64,000 bases of DNA from Octopus bimaculoides (GCF_001194135.2 NC_068987.1:957351-1021350); one strand, 5' to 3'; positions 27,385 to 39,928 are shown, counted from the first letter of the stretch. Numbers and translations: made by a program. The notes: generated from the letters alone by a model not told the origin.

Positions 27385-27740
27385 GAACGTTCGGTCTTGT
27401 TTATTCTGGTAGATTCTGTGAGAGCGGACTGCAGCCTGCTGTCAGATGTCTTACAGGGTCCCTTTCCGCGCATTATTAGCTTCATTATCGTGGGAGACAT
27501 TCAACATCCAAGTACCAAACTCAAAATCCTAGCTGTCCCCAGCAGAGCAGTTTTGTGAGGGCTTGCTCTGCTCACATGTTAATTCCGATTTATTTGACAC
27601 CCATGACAACTATATTCATCGTTTTAGTCCGTTTAATTCTAGCAGCCGTATAATGACGACTGGGCTTGTGTTGCTCACCCACGGGGCGACTGCCGGGCGA
27701 AAACCCGTCACCTGTATTTCCGCCCTCATTTACGCCGTTT
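27385..27740 (-). mobile_element. RTE-like LINE 5' region relic; paralogous to 12.6-12.85 kb
   Basis: Shares about 200 bp with 12625-12845, including FEFGTW[N]VECL, and has a GC-rich structured 5' segment at 27655-27740. Confidence 0.55.
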
Positions 27741-27755
27741 TATTATTATTATTAT

Positions 27756-27951
27756 CATTGTCTTTGGACAGTTTCTCACGCTGGAGATGTACTACAGTGT
27801 CAGCTGTTCACTACCAGTGAACTAAGGTAACACCTCTTATTTCTCGAGCACCTTTCGGAGTATTCGAGCAGTTCCAAGCAGTTTTCTGCAAGTGCTTCAC
27901 CCTTATTGCAGCCCCTATTTGTTCCATTTCCTTCTCGAGACTTTTACTCAC
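27756..27951 (-). mobile_element. R4/Dong-like (RLE) non-LTR retrotransposon 3' end, in a TAA repeat
   Basis: VSKSLEKEMEQIGAAIRVKHLQKTA, then a frameshift to GTARILRKVLEK*, a typical R4-clade C-terminus. A short 3' UTR ends in (TAA)n, and triplet repeats flank both sides. Confidence 0.8.
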
Positions 27952-28145
27952 TATTATTATTATTATCATCATCATCATCATTATTATTATCATTATCATT
28001 ATTATTATTATCATCATCATCATTATTATTATTATTGTTATTATTATTTTTCCTATCTTTTTCTTCTTCATCTTCATCTTCTTCTTCTTCTTCTTCTTCT
28101 TCTTCTGATGATGATGATGATGATCATCATCAGTAGTTGTAGTAG
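27952..28145. repeat. (TAT)n/(CAT)n/(CTT)n/(GAT)n compound microsatellite
   Basis: Read directly from the sequence. Confidence 0.95.
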
Positions 28146-28479
28146 TATCCGAATATCGCTTCCCCTTCAAAAAAGACTTCATGGTTGGAAAGAGGTAGAA
28201 ATTTGATGGTGCGAGGTCACGAGTGTATGGAGGATGAAGAAGGATTTCATGGCCACCGGAGTGTGCTTTCAACATGCACATTGTGAACTGGAGCATTGTC
28301 TCGGAGGAGGTGAACTCCTTCGGGCAGCATGCCACACCTCTCTGATTTGATGGCGTCCTGCAATTTCTGCAGCAATTTCTGTTTTTAAATGTGTTACAAA
28401 CACTTTCCACGCTGCAATTGTTTTTGTCTGAACACACGATCTCAGACCGGGTCACTTGCTATGCAAGTGTATCCTCATA
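28146..28479 (-). mobile_element. Mariner (DD34D) transposase fragment
   Basis: LQKLQDAIKSERCGMLPEGVHLLRDNAPVH and GHEILLHPPYTRDLAPSNFYLFPTMKSFLKGKRYSD (cf. HDNAPxH and HPPYSPDLAPSDF). A TIR-like start tatgagg abuts TA repeats at 28479. Confidence 0.9.
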
Positions 28480-28809
28480 ATATATATATATACATATTCA
28501 AATAGACCAACACATGTTTCTACTGCATCGATCAGTAACTGTGGCAGTTACAACCTTACTATGATACCGAAGCAGTTTCTTCAGGGTCTTCAATTCAATA
28601 TTCTTTGATTTGACTATTTAAAGTTTTATGTACATTTGCTTTGCGTTCTACTTATTGTATATGTATATGTACGTTTATATATTTGTATACACACATAAGT
28701 ATATTTAGATAGATAAGTAGACAGATAGAGAAATGGACTGATTGATTTATTGAGAGAGGGAGAGACAATAGAATAAATAGAAAGATAAGTAGATAGACAG
28801 ACATACAGT

Positions 28810-28841
<32 letters not shown>

Positions 28842-29222
28842 CAGACAGCTAGTTAGATAGATAGATGTCATGTTTATATTCGGCGTAACGTAACGCGTTG
28901 CAGACACACATTATAAATCGATGAACAGGTTTGGATTGAATTCCTTACACCTTCTATAGTTTTATCACCACCATCGTCACCACATCACAGTAAATAACAC
29001 TACAACCGCAACCGTTACACCTAAGAGTACTATTACCACCAATACCATCACAATCAGTGTACCACTGGCACAGCAAACGACACACCACTTAGATCGAAGT
29101 CATAATCGCCTCTTCAGGTACTGCCGTCGCCACCATCACCACTAAATCACATCGCGAACACAATGTCCACAACTACCACAATTCAAGCAATACTACCGCT
29201 ACAACAACCAGCACCAACACTG

Positions 29223-29224
<2 letters not shown>

Positions 29225-29300
<76 letters not shown>
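29225..29300. repeat. (CTA)n microsatellite
   Basis: Read directly from the sequence. Confidence 0.97.
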
Positions 29301-29586
29301 ATTCAATGGTTCTTTCTACAATCAGCTGCAAGAGACAATTGTAATATAATGGTCGGAAATAAAGNNNNNNNNNNNNNNNNNNNNNNNNNNNNNNNNNNNN
29401 NNNNNNNNNNNNNNNNNNNNNNNNNNNNNNNNNNNNNNNNNNNNNNNNNNNNNNNNNNNNNNNNNNNNNNNNNNNNNNNNNNNNNNNNNNNNNNNNNNNN
29501 NNNNNNNNNNNNNNNNNNNNNNNNNNNNNNNNNNNNNNNNNNNNNNNNNNNNNNNNNNNNNNNNNNNNNNNNNNNNNNNNNNNNNN

Positions 29587-29629
<43 letters not shown>

Positions 29630-29749
29630 ATATATATGTCTGTGTGTGTACACATATATTCAGACATACATACATACATACATACATACATACATACGTA
29701 AGCTGTTTCGCATTTGTTGATTTTTAAAAAACGTACATTATGAAGAACT

Positions 29750-30350
29750 TCAGGTCGCGTCGCAAACTCTATTGGTTTTAGTCGTTGTTCTCAAAGTCAT
29801 TTCTTTTATGTAGAGAGAATGTTCGATGGCAATCATTTAACGTCCAGATTTATCGATGGAGGATAATCACGTGGGGAAAATGGATATTTCGGTCTCTTTT
29901 CCGTTACGGCCGAATATTAATGTCATATGAGAGCTGTATGGGGAGGTTCGATCCTCCAAATATATCTTATGATAGTCAGAACAATAGCTATAAAAGGTGT
30001 AAGCAGCGCTGGAACTTAAGATTGCTTAAGCTTTTGGCTGTGTCCAACAGACGTTAATTTACTTAGCCATGGCTAATGAGGAAATAATTGCTACTCACAG
30101 GAATGCCCAACGTAACACAGGCCATATAAATCTGAATGTGTGTAATTGCAATGTTTGAGTTCGAATCTATTCACAAGATCCAAATAGAGAGGAATGTCGA
30201 GTGAAAGACATTTGGCTAAGATGATACCCAATGGTATTGCAACTGACCAATATGACATGACAGCACACAAAATGTCTCCACTGCATTTTATCAGACAGTT
30301 TCATTTGATCAAAAGAAAAATCAACTTGATGTAATCGATCCGTGGTCATA
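29750..30350. mobile_element. Possible very old RTE-like LINE fragments
   Basis: Plus-strand LELKIA*AFG weakly resembles RIAKAxxAFG, and minus-strand KLSDKMQWRHFV resembles DRxxWRxxV. Both matches are weak. Confidence 0.3.
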
Positions 30351-30389
30351 AGGATAGCGATACGAAGTCGTTTTAGCTTATTTCACTAA

Positions 30390-30464
<75 letters not shown>
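30390..30464. repeat. (TCTA)n tetranucleotide microsatellite
   Basis: Read directly from the sequence. Confidence 0.97.
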
Positions 30465-30705
30465 AGAAGTTGCACCTTAATATTTCTACAGATGTTTATC
30501 GTACACTCTGTGCATTATACCTACTAACACTACTATGCACAGTGATCGACTGACCACCATATTGGAAACTGACTGGATAATGGTGATTTACGTGGTGCTC
30601 TAAATCATACATTGCTAGCCCTACATCTAACTGTACACATAACACATGTCCAGTATACATACATACAGACACATATACAATTATAGATATATGTAACTGC
30701 ATGAT

Positions 30706-30745
<40 letters not shown>

Positions 30746-30982
30746 NNNNNNNNNNNNNNNNNNNNNNNNNNNNNNNNNNNNNNNNNNNNNNNNNNNNNNN
30801 NNNNNNNNNNNNNNNNNNNNNNNNNNNNNNNNNNNNNNNNNNNNNNNNNNNNNNNNNNNNNNNNNNNNNNNNNNNNNNNNNNNNNNNNNNNNNNNNNNNN
30901 NNNNNNNNNNNNNNNNNNNNNNNNNNNNNNNNNNNNNNNNNNNNNNNNNNNNNNNNNNNNNNNNNNNNNNNNNNNNNNNNNN

Positions 30983-31031
<49 letters not shown>

Positions 31032-31247
31032 CACACACACAAATCTATGTAAATATATAAAAAAAGTATTTTATACATACCTACATTATACATGAAACTT
31101 AAATGAGCGAAGTAAAAGCCATAAGTGTGAGTGGCCAGTGGCATGTGTTTGAACAACAAAGACGAACAAGGTGTATATTAGATACCATATAAGATAATGT
31201 CTTGATTTATTGGAAGGTATTAATTTACCGTTATTCGTAGGTAATAT

Positions 31248-31297
<50 letters not shown>

Positions 31298-31443
31298 GCG
31301 CGCATAGGTGCAAGAGTATACGCACACATATTTATATATGCATACCTGCATATATACAGGCATATAGATATATAGTCATATATATGTATATACGTATACA
31401 CATGCTTATATATATGTATATACTTCTACATTCTTATACATGA

Positions 31444-31475
<32 letters not shown>

Positions 31476-33129
31476 NNNNNNNNNNNNNNNNNNNNNNNNN
31501 NNNNNNNNNNNNNNNNNNNNNNNNNNNNNNNNNNNNNNNNNNNNNNNNNNNNNNNNNNNNNNNNNNNNNNNNNNNNNNNNNNNNNNNNNNNNNNNNNNNN
31601 NNNNNNNNNNNNNNNNNNNNNNNNNNNNNNNNNNNNNNNNNNNNNNNNNNNNNNNNNNNNNNNNNNNNNNNNNNNNNNNNNNNNNNNNNNNNNNNNNNNN
31701 NNNNNNNNNNNNNNNNNNNNNNNNNNNNNNNNNNNNNNNNNNNNNNNNNNNNNNNNNNNNNNNNNNNNNNNNNNNNNNNNNNNNNNNNNNNNNNNNNNNN
31801 NNNNNNNNNNNNNNNNNNNNNNNNNNNNNNNNNNNNNNNNNNNNNNNNNNNNNNNNNNNNNNNNNNNNNNNNNNNNNNNNNNNNNNNNNNNNNNNNNNNN
31901 NNNNNNNNNNNNNNNNNNNNNNNNNNNNNNNNNNNNNNNNNNNNNNNNNNNNNNNNNNNNNNNNNNNNNNNNNNNNNNNNNNNNNNNNNNNNNNNNNNNN
32001 NNNNNNNNNNNNNNNNNNNNNNNNNNNNNNNNNNNNNNNNNNNNNNNNNNNNNNNNNNNNNNNNNNNNNNNNNNNNNNNNNNNNNNNNNNNNNNNNNNNN
32101 NNNNNNNNNNNNNNNNNNNNNNNNNNNNNNNNNNNNNNNNNNNNNNNNNNNNNNNNNNNNNNNNNNNNNNNNNNNNNNNNNNNNNNNNNNNNNNNNNNNN
32201 NNNNNNNNNNNNNNNNNNNNNNNNNNNNNNNNNNNNNNNNNNNNNNNNNNNNNNNNNNNNNNNNNNNNNNNNNNNNNNNNNNNNNNNNNNNNNNNNNNNN
32301 NNNNNNNNNNNNNNNNNNNNNNNNNNNNNNNNNNNNNNNNNNNNNNNNNNNNNNNNNNNNNNNNNNNNNNNNNNNNNNNNNNNTATATATATATATATAT
32401 ATATATATATCAGCTATGCGTGTTAATAAAGTATAATGTTACACGATTGTTCGAGCGTTTCATTAACAAGCAATGACTATTGTACAATGCTATTTTAAAA
32501 ATCCAGATGCATTATGAAATCTTCAGAAAACCGTATTGTTTATTATATGTAGGGTTAGTGGAATATCGACAGAGGTTACTTTTATGGGATTAGTAGCCAG
32601 CTGTTTTGCTGGTTGCGACAAACTTGAACTGTGAATTCGCACCAAATAACTTGAACCTGATTACACATTAGTTTTAATTACGACAATTACCTTCATTAAT
32701 GTAATTGTAGTGAGAGAACATGTAATTACTACACAACAAATCCTACTTATTGTTTATCCGTCAATATACGAATGACGATATTCCACCAATCATAATCAGT
32801 AGAAAATATTGGTTTCTCACTTTTTATCTTCTGCGTATAGTGTTGCCGATAACGTTGATCTCAATTTAGCTTGTATTAATATAATAATTGATCTCTGAGT
32901 GGTTAAAAATATATCCCTTGTTTTGCTGTATTTGATACCATAACTGTGAAGGGGCGAAGTACTTCAACGGTGTTACCTGAGAAGTATGAAGGATGTTACC
33001 TAAATATTTCAATGTATTTGATTCCAGAAATGTTGCTATATGCATCAAGATGTTTGGTCTCAGAAAGTTAGTTATGGTTTCTTATATATGAACAAGGCCA
33101 TACATTTTGGTAACGATAACCGATTATAT

Positions 33130-33255
33130 TAACTCTCGCATGATAAAACGCAAAGAAATGTTTCGCGCGATTTTAACTCAGAACCTCGAATGCCTTAGCT
33201 AAATACCGTCAAGTATTTGTCTGTCATTCAGACATTCTACCAATCCACTGCCCTC
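33130..33255 (-). mobile_element. Diverged SINE family A head
   Basis: Plus-strand gcgattttaactcagaac...aaataccgtcaagtattt...cattctaccaatccactgcc is similar to the reverse-oriented heads at 1.1 and 48.4 kb. Confidence 0.55.
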
Positions 33256-34129
33256 CGCGAACAGAACACTAAAAGCTACCCCGACCATTGATAGACCTCA
33301 TCCGGCAACTTGTTTAAATACTGAGCACCATCTTCTCCTCCCTGTTTAATAGCTATAACTTAGAAGAAACAGTCTTTAGTAGACTCGCTTCCATCTAATT
33401 CTAAAATTTGGAACAGTCCTTAATCTGAGGTGAGGAGGTTGGAAACTCACTTGCTCCACTACATCCTACAACAGAAACATAGGTATGTTTCTCTGTTATT
33501 TCTGTTCTTTTGCAGGGTCTTTGTGCATGTCATTAGCGTGCATTCCAAAACAGGTCAAGTCAATTCAATTGAAGGGTAATCAGCTGAACATTTCCTGTCA
33601 ATATCCTGTCTTTGAAACCAGGTCAATTCTTGTTCTCTTGGGTATTTTTGGTCACTATAAAACCTGATTTACCACAATATGATATATTTACAGCCACAGA
33701 CAATGCCAACAGTCCTCATTTCCTGACCTCTACGAAGATATTCCAATATGTCTCTGCCTTTAATGAGGCTAGGTTTTCACGTTTTTCGACTAAGTCGACA
33801 GTTATGATCATACCTCTCTGTTTGTCTGTGTGTCGTTCTGTCTGTCTGTCTCTCTCTGTATTTCTCTCGCTCTGTCTCTTCTTTCATATATTATAGGGAG
33901 AGAGACAGAGGGACGAGAGAAAAAGAGTGAAAGGAAGAGAAAGGGAGAGAGAGATTGAGAGGCAGAGGGGGAGAGAAGGAAAACATGTTATGACATAGTG
34001 ATTGCTTAACCACATCAGTTGCGGTACATCGTAACATTGGGAAGTGAGATACATTAGATTCCTTGTCAAAAAAAGGAAGAAAGAGACACAAAGAGAGATA
34101 GAGATAGAGAGAGAAAGATAGAGAGAGAG

Positions 34130-34209
<80 letters not shown>

Positions 34210-34786
34210 TGTGTGTGTGTGTGTAGACCATCACGTCTACTTAATTTGTCAAAAATTACAGTATCCAATATTTCCTTTGTATATTTTTTAGATGATATTG
34301 TGAAGTCTTATAGGGATTTAACTGCTATTTACTGCCAGTCGAGCTCTACTTTATTTTGCTCTTCCTTCGATGTGTGTTGAAGTGCAGATTTATTACAGTC
34401 ACGGCTTTTTGTATTACCGTCGTATATTAATGAAGTAGGGATATTTTACTCAAATGACGTTTTGTGCTGGTGACGTGTCACATCTCAGTTTAGCGTCTCG
34501 CGATGTATAGTTAGGTTTTCAGAGAGATTAACGAAGCAATCAGCAAAAGAAAACCTCTTCATTTGGGAAATTAAACAATTTCATTTATATTCCTGATTAG
34601 AAATCAGGAAATAGATATAATGTAAGAATTATAAATAACGGGTTTTTAGATAAGCGCTAAATATTACTGAGTCAAATCCCAAGAGAGTTTATACTTTATT
34701 TCGTTTTATCATTCGAAAATATCTACCCAAAGAACTATGTTCAATTCTTTTTCCTCAAAATTATTTGTAAGCTGCTAACCATAGTC

Positions 34787-34818
<32 letters not shown>

Positions 34819-34821
<3 letters not shown>

Positions 34822-35013
34822 TATCCAGATAAATACATAACAAAAACACCAGGACTTACAAATGTATATAACATACAGAAAATTGCACACATCCTACGTA
34901 AAACACTTTCACTACAGTAACCATAAGGGCATCACAGCAAACCACAGCACATATCCAAGGCACACAAGCTGCGTTCGGTAGTGAAGTGAAAGCACGTTAT
35001 AAAAATAAAATTA

Positions 35014-35017
<4 letters not shown>
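34819..35017 (+). mobile_element. R4/Dong-like 3' end, copy 1, 5'-truncated, in (TAA)n
   Basis: KYPDKYITKTPGLTNVYNIQKIA/HILRKTLSLQ*. It has a 15-nt deletion relative to copy 2 between tgcac microhomologies. (AAT)n lies on both sides. Confidence 0.88.
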
Positions 35018-35065
<48 letters not shown>

Positions 35066-35069
<4 letters not shown>

Positions 35070-35387
35070 TGGAAAAACTCTCAAAATACAAAGACCTGGA
35101 AATAGAGGTAACTCGAATGTGGAATCTAAAAACAAACAATTCCTATCATAGTAGGTGCCTTAGGTATAATAAAAAAAATATTCGGACAAATAAATAACAA
35201 AAACACTAGGACTTACAAATATATATAACATACAGAAAATTGCACTACTGGGAACTGCACACATCCTACGCAAAACACTTTCACTACAGTAACCATAACA
35301 CCACAGCAAACCACAGCACATACCCAAGGCGCACAGAGCTGCGCTCGGTAGTGAAGTGAAAGCACGTTATAAAAACAAAACTACTGA
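35066..35387 (+). mobile_element. R4/Dong-like 3' end, copy 2, 5'-truncated, in (TAA)n
   Basis: MEKLSKYKDLEIEVTRMWNLKT/TIPIIVGALGIIKK/.../TNIYNIQKIALLGTAHILRKTLSLQ*, the RLE-domain C-terminus with K..KY..L and P..VGALG motifs. The 3' UTR is nearly identical to copy 1. Confidence 0.92.
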
Positions 35388-35569
35388 ACAATAATAATAA
35401 CAACAACAACGACGACAACAAAAATCAGTTTTGTTAGGGACAGCTATGATACTTAGGAGAATTCTTGGCATCGAAGTCTGCTTGTTATAGCCTGATGCTA
35501 GGAATCTTTCTTTTCCAACCGTCTCATATGTTGTGCGTAGATAAAAATTTAAAAAATACTAATAATGAT

Positions 35570-35750
35570 AAATGCTCTGATGCAGTACCAAGCAGTGGCT
35601 CTCAAGGTTTCTGATCTTACCAAATGGTCAGTTGCTTGACCTTAACAAATTGGGCATGTTGCTTAGTAGCTGACGATATATGCTTCTCTGCCCACAAACA
35701 AGAGTGGTAGGAGAGCACAATAGCAATGTGTTTGAGAGGAATTCTTTGGA
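35570..35750. mobile_element. Unclassified interspersed repeat fragment
   Basis: tgcagtaccaagcagtggctctc...gtcagttgcttgacctt...agctgacgatat resembles an abundant octopus repeat from memory. There is no second copy in the window. Confidence 0.4.
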
Positions 35751-36971
35751 ATCCTTTTCAGAAAAAATGACACCATCAGTTTTCACTTTCATAACTGGTA
35801 ACAAAGAATAAGAAGAAAGAGTGAAAGCATAAAGAAAAAAAAAAAAACAATCAGGAAAAAATATACATAGTCAAACAGTTTTGTGTAAACGTAATGAAAT
35901 TCTCTTGTCATTTTATTCATTCCTCCAGGGCGTGAGGTTAGCAAAGCATAATTATATTTGTCTTCATGCATTTTGACGACTGAAAGTATAGTAAGAGTCA
36001 TAATAGTTTCAGAGAATGTGCACTTTCTGGTGTCCTTCAAAATTACAGCCCTTTGATGTAAAATTTTCAGCAAATTCTTTGGAACTGCTACTGGTGTACA
36101 TGACACTACACCTCTGTCCATTGAAACTTTTATTTCATTATTTCATTATTCTGTTGTCAGGAATACTCGGACACAGAATGAATGCGAGTAGAACGGTCCG
36201 TGGCTCTCTGAGCATCTGACATTCCTGCCTGACAGCGCTTCCGCGCCTGAAGAGTTTATCTCAAACCGGTGGTGTTCCTCGTTAGTACTACCAGGCGAGA
36301 GATTTTTGGAAGCTACCCATGGTAGTATCGGGCTCGAAACTCCTACGAAACAGGCTACCTAGTTCACCCTGGTTGATGCCACGAGTTTCCCAAGTGTGTG
36401 TGTGTGTATGTGTGTAATCCTAGGTACATAGTGTAGGAGAATAAGGGGAATAAAATTGAATGGCTTCGATTAATGTTCTATTTTAAGGGCTGACCTAAAT
36501 TTGAATAACTGCGACGTCAACGACCACTGTAAGGCAATGATCTTTGAGAAAAAGTCAAACAACCCGTAGAAGTGAAGAATAGCGTCGAGATATTGCTACG
36601 ATATATTAACGGTAATGTTTGGGTGATAGATGTGCAAAAGTCGCGTAATTACAACATAGAAAAGTTAAATTCCAATTAATGTAATATAAACAAACGGAAA
36701 TAATGCGAATAACAAATTTTATTTTAAGATTTCAAGAGGAAGAAAATAAATAAATGCAAACGAAATTAAAGAAAAAAAACGCAATTAATGTTGAAATGAG
36801 AGAATAATGAATTAAAGAGTGAGGGGTGGGTGTAAGAATCATCATCATCATCATCATCGTCGTTATCGTCGACGTTGTAATCGTCGTCGCCATCACCATC
36901 ATCATTAGATTTACATACACGCATGTATTCGCCCAAATACAATAATACACTTCTGTATATAGTTGTATACC

Positions 36972-37010
<39 letters not shown>

Positions 37011-37770
37011 GCATTTGTATACAACTATGTATGTATATATCTATATGTATATCTATATGCATGTATATATATCTGTATGTATATATCTATACAGCGAGCA
37101 AAACAAGTACAAACATATAAGCAGACACATATGTACATATATGCATGTGTATGTTTATATATATATGTGTGTGTGTGAGCGTGTGTGTTTTAGTTGCATG
37201 TGTATATGAATATACACACCAAATACAAAAACTTATAAACACGCACACCCACATACATACATGCACTCACACGTGAGCGTGCACATACACACACATACAC
37301 GCATACACACATCGATGTATATAAACAGAGAGAAAAAGATATTCGAAATCCAAAAACAAAAAAGAGAGAATGCATAAAATAAAACATAAAAGAAGAGAGA
37401 AGAAAATTTGGTCAAGGCATCCCGAAGATTCCTCGTCTAAAAGCGAATATTTCTAAAGTCTTAATTACTTTCATTTCGTGAAACATCTACTTAGAGCTGG
37501 CATGTACAATAAAGTATCAATTTGTAGTCTATCGATCTATCGATTAGAAGCAATTACACACAATTAGATGTTTCTGTTAATTCACTTGATATTTTTTCTT
37601 TTATTTTTATATTTTTGAAAAAATTCTTTTGTATGTCTCTTTTATCATTACGTCGATTCTTCAATAAATTATGTATGAGCGTGTATGTGTATCTGTATGG
37701 GTATATGCATATGTGGCTTTGTGTATGTATCTATGTATCTTTGTAATTGAATATAATGGTGTAAGAGATA

Positions 37771-37829
<59 letters not shown>

Positions 37830-39044
37830 NNNNNNNNNNNNNNNNNNNNNNNNNNNNNNNNNNNNNNNNNNNNNNNNNNNNNNNNNNNNNNNNNNNNNNN
37901 NNNNNNNNNNNNNNNNNNNNNNNNNNNNNNNNNNNNNNNNNNNNNNNNNNNNNNNNNNNNNNNNNNNNNNNNNNNNNNNTATATACATACAACATAGGGA
38001 TACACATACACGTCTCATAATCTGATCATTACCAACACAATCTTCCGGCAGAAAAATCAGACGAAAAAGATCCCGTTTGAAACTCAGTTTCAAACACTGT
38101 CCTCTTATTGGCTAAACCAAAGCCAAGACCATTGAGTTTTTCATTAACAATGATTTGCTCTCGTGTCCCACGAGAGTCGCCGAACGTTGGACAGATCATA
38201 GTATCCCAAAAATAAGCACCAGATTTTCGGCATCAGGCATCAAGTGGCTCTGACATTTTAAGATATTTCTGATATTTCTACGGTTACGCCTGACTCACAC
38301 AAGCTGTCAGTCTGAAAGCCCCAGCACCCTCACGCCGTGGTAGTTAGAATAGCTTCTAAATATCTCTCTCCATATCGTATAACTTTCATCATGATATGAC
38401 CGATATTAGCAGATTCCAAACAAAAATACTGTGAACTATCGTCCGTTAAACACTATCAAAATAAAGCGGCATGATCTTCGTCTCCTGAAAATGTTGGCAG
38501 GAAACGCCAGCTGGAGAACGATAGAATTAAAGTCTACAATTTCAGGAATCACAATTAACATCGTATTTGATTAGAAACTTTTGAAAGATAGAAAGCTGCT
38601 GGAGAGTATCAAGCTTGGCACTAAGTAATTTCTCGTTTGGAAGAAATTGGTATGAATGAAGACTTTACATATCACATATAAGTTTCTAGTTTGATACAAT
38701 TTTCTGAAATGCAATATTTATAATAAATAACTATTAAAAACAAAATTATATACGTTGCTCCGGAAGTATTGTTTACAATATTTTGCTCTTGAAGACAAAT
38801 TAGTCCGTAGCAGAATTTTAAAGTTTGACATCCGAAGGATCGGATATCTGTAAATTTTTCATAATGTATGAATCTTGAAAGATATTTCCATGGATTTCTT
38901 CCCATAACATGTAATTTTTCTCAAAGATAGCATTTATTTCTAAATTCTCTCCCTTTCCCCTTGCGTGTCGCTAACAAATATCTCTGAAGAATTCAGAAGA
39001 AAGAAATTTCAAAAACTGAAAAATTTCTGGTAACTCGTGGATTA

Positions 39045-39205
39045 ATTGCTAGAAGATATTTCATCTGGCGCTTTACGTTCCGAATCCCGACGAGATCAAC
39101 GTTTCGTCCTTTTCATCCTTTCGGAGTCGATAAAATAAAGTAGCAGTCAGGAACTGCGGTCGGTGCTCTCATTCAAGATTTCTGGCCTTGGACCCATTAA
39201 AGTAC
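39045..39205 (+). mobile_element. SINE family A, diverged
   Basis: tacgttccgaatcccgacgagatcaac...cctttcatcctttcggagtcgataaaataaagtagcag...tttctggccttggacc. Confidence 0.8.
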
Positions 39206-39888
39206 GGGCGTCCCCTTCGGAGGGAATGCTGTACACTCAATCAATCACTTACACGCCGTAGGAATCTGGTCAGCAGCCTAATAATTCTCATAAAAAAATA
39301 TACATATGTACATACAAACATATTTGTGTTTCAATATGTATGTATTTATGCGTGTGAATATGGTTCTAGATGCATGTGTGAGTGCACGGATGTATATGCT
39401 GACGGACACACTTTTGCAGAATTATAGACAACGAGATGTCAACGTGCGTCTGAAGATGTTAGTTATCGAACCACGTTGAGTTTCTTGAAGCTAATATTAA
39501 CATGGATTGGGAAAAGTTTTATAATTGCAAACACACACGCGCACACACACACACATACACGCGCACACACACACATGCGCACAAAGACATACGCATATGC
39601 AAACACACGCATGCACACATAAATACATACAAGACTGGGCAGTCTGTAAGTGCGCATGAATGTAGCTGTGAAAGTGGGGAACTTGATACATTGAAAGTAA
39701 TGACATATACATACATACATATATAAATATATATATAATTTTATACATATATATAATTATATGCACACACACACACGCACACAAACACACACATATATAT
39801 ATATATATATACATATACATACATACAGGTATATATGGATATAGATTATCTGTGTTGCTGTCTTTTTCTCTCCCTCACTTTATATATA

Positions 39889-39928
<40 letters not shown>

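Noticed and set aside
28900-29230. Mucin-like Thr-rich ORF
   Set aside because: It is decayed CAN/ACN triplet low-complexity sequence merging into (CTA)n.
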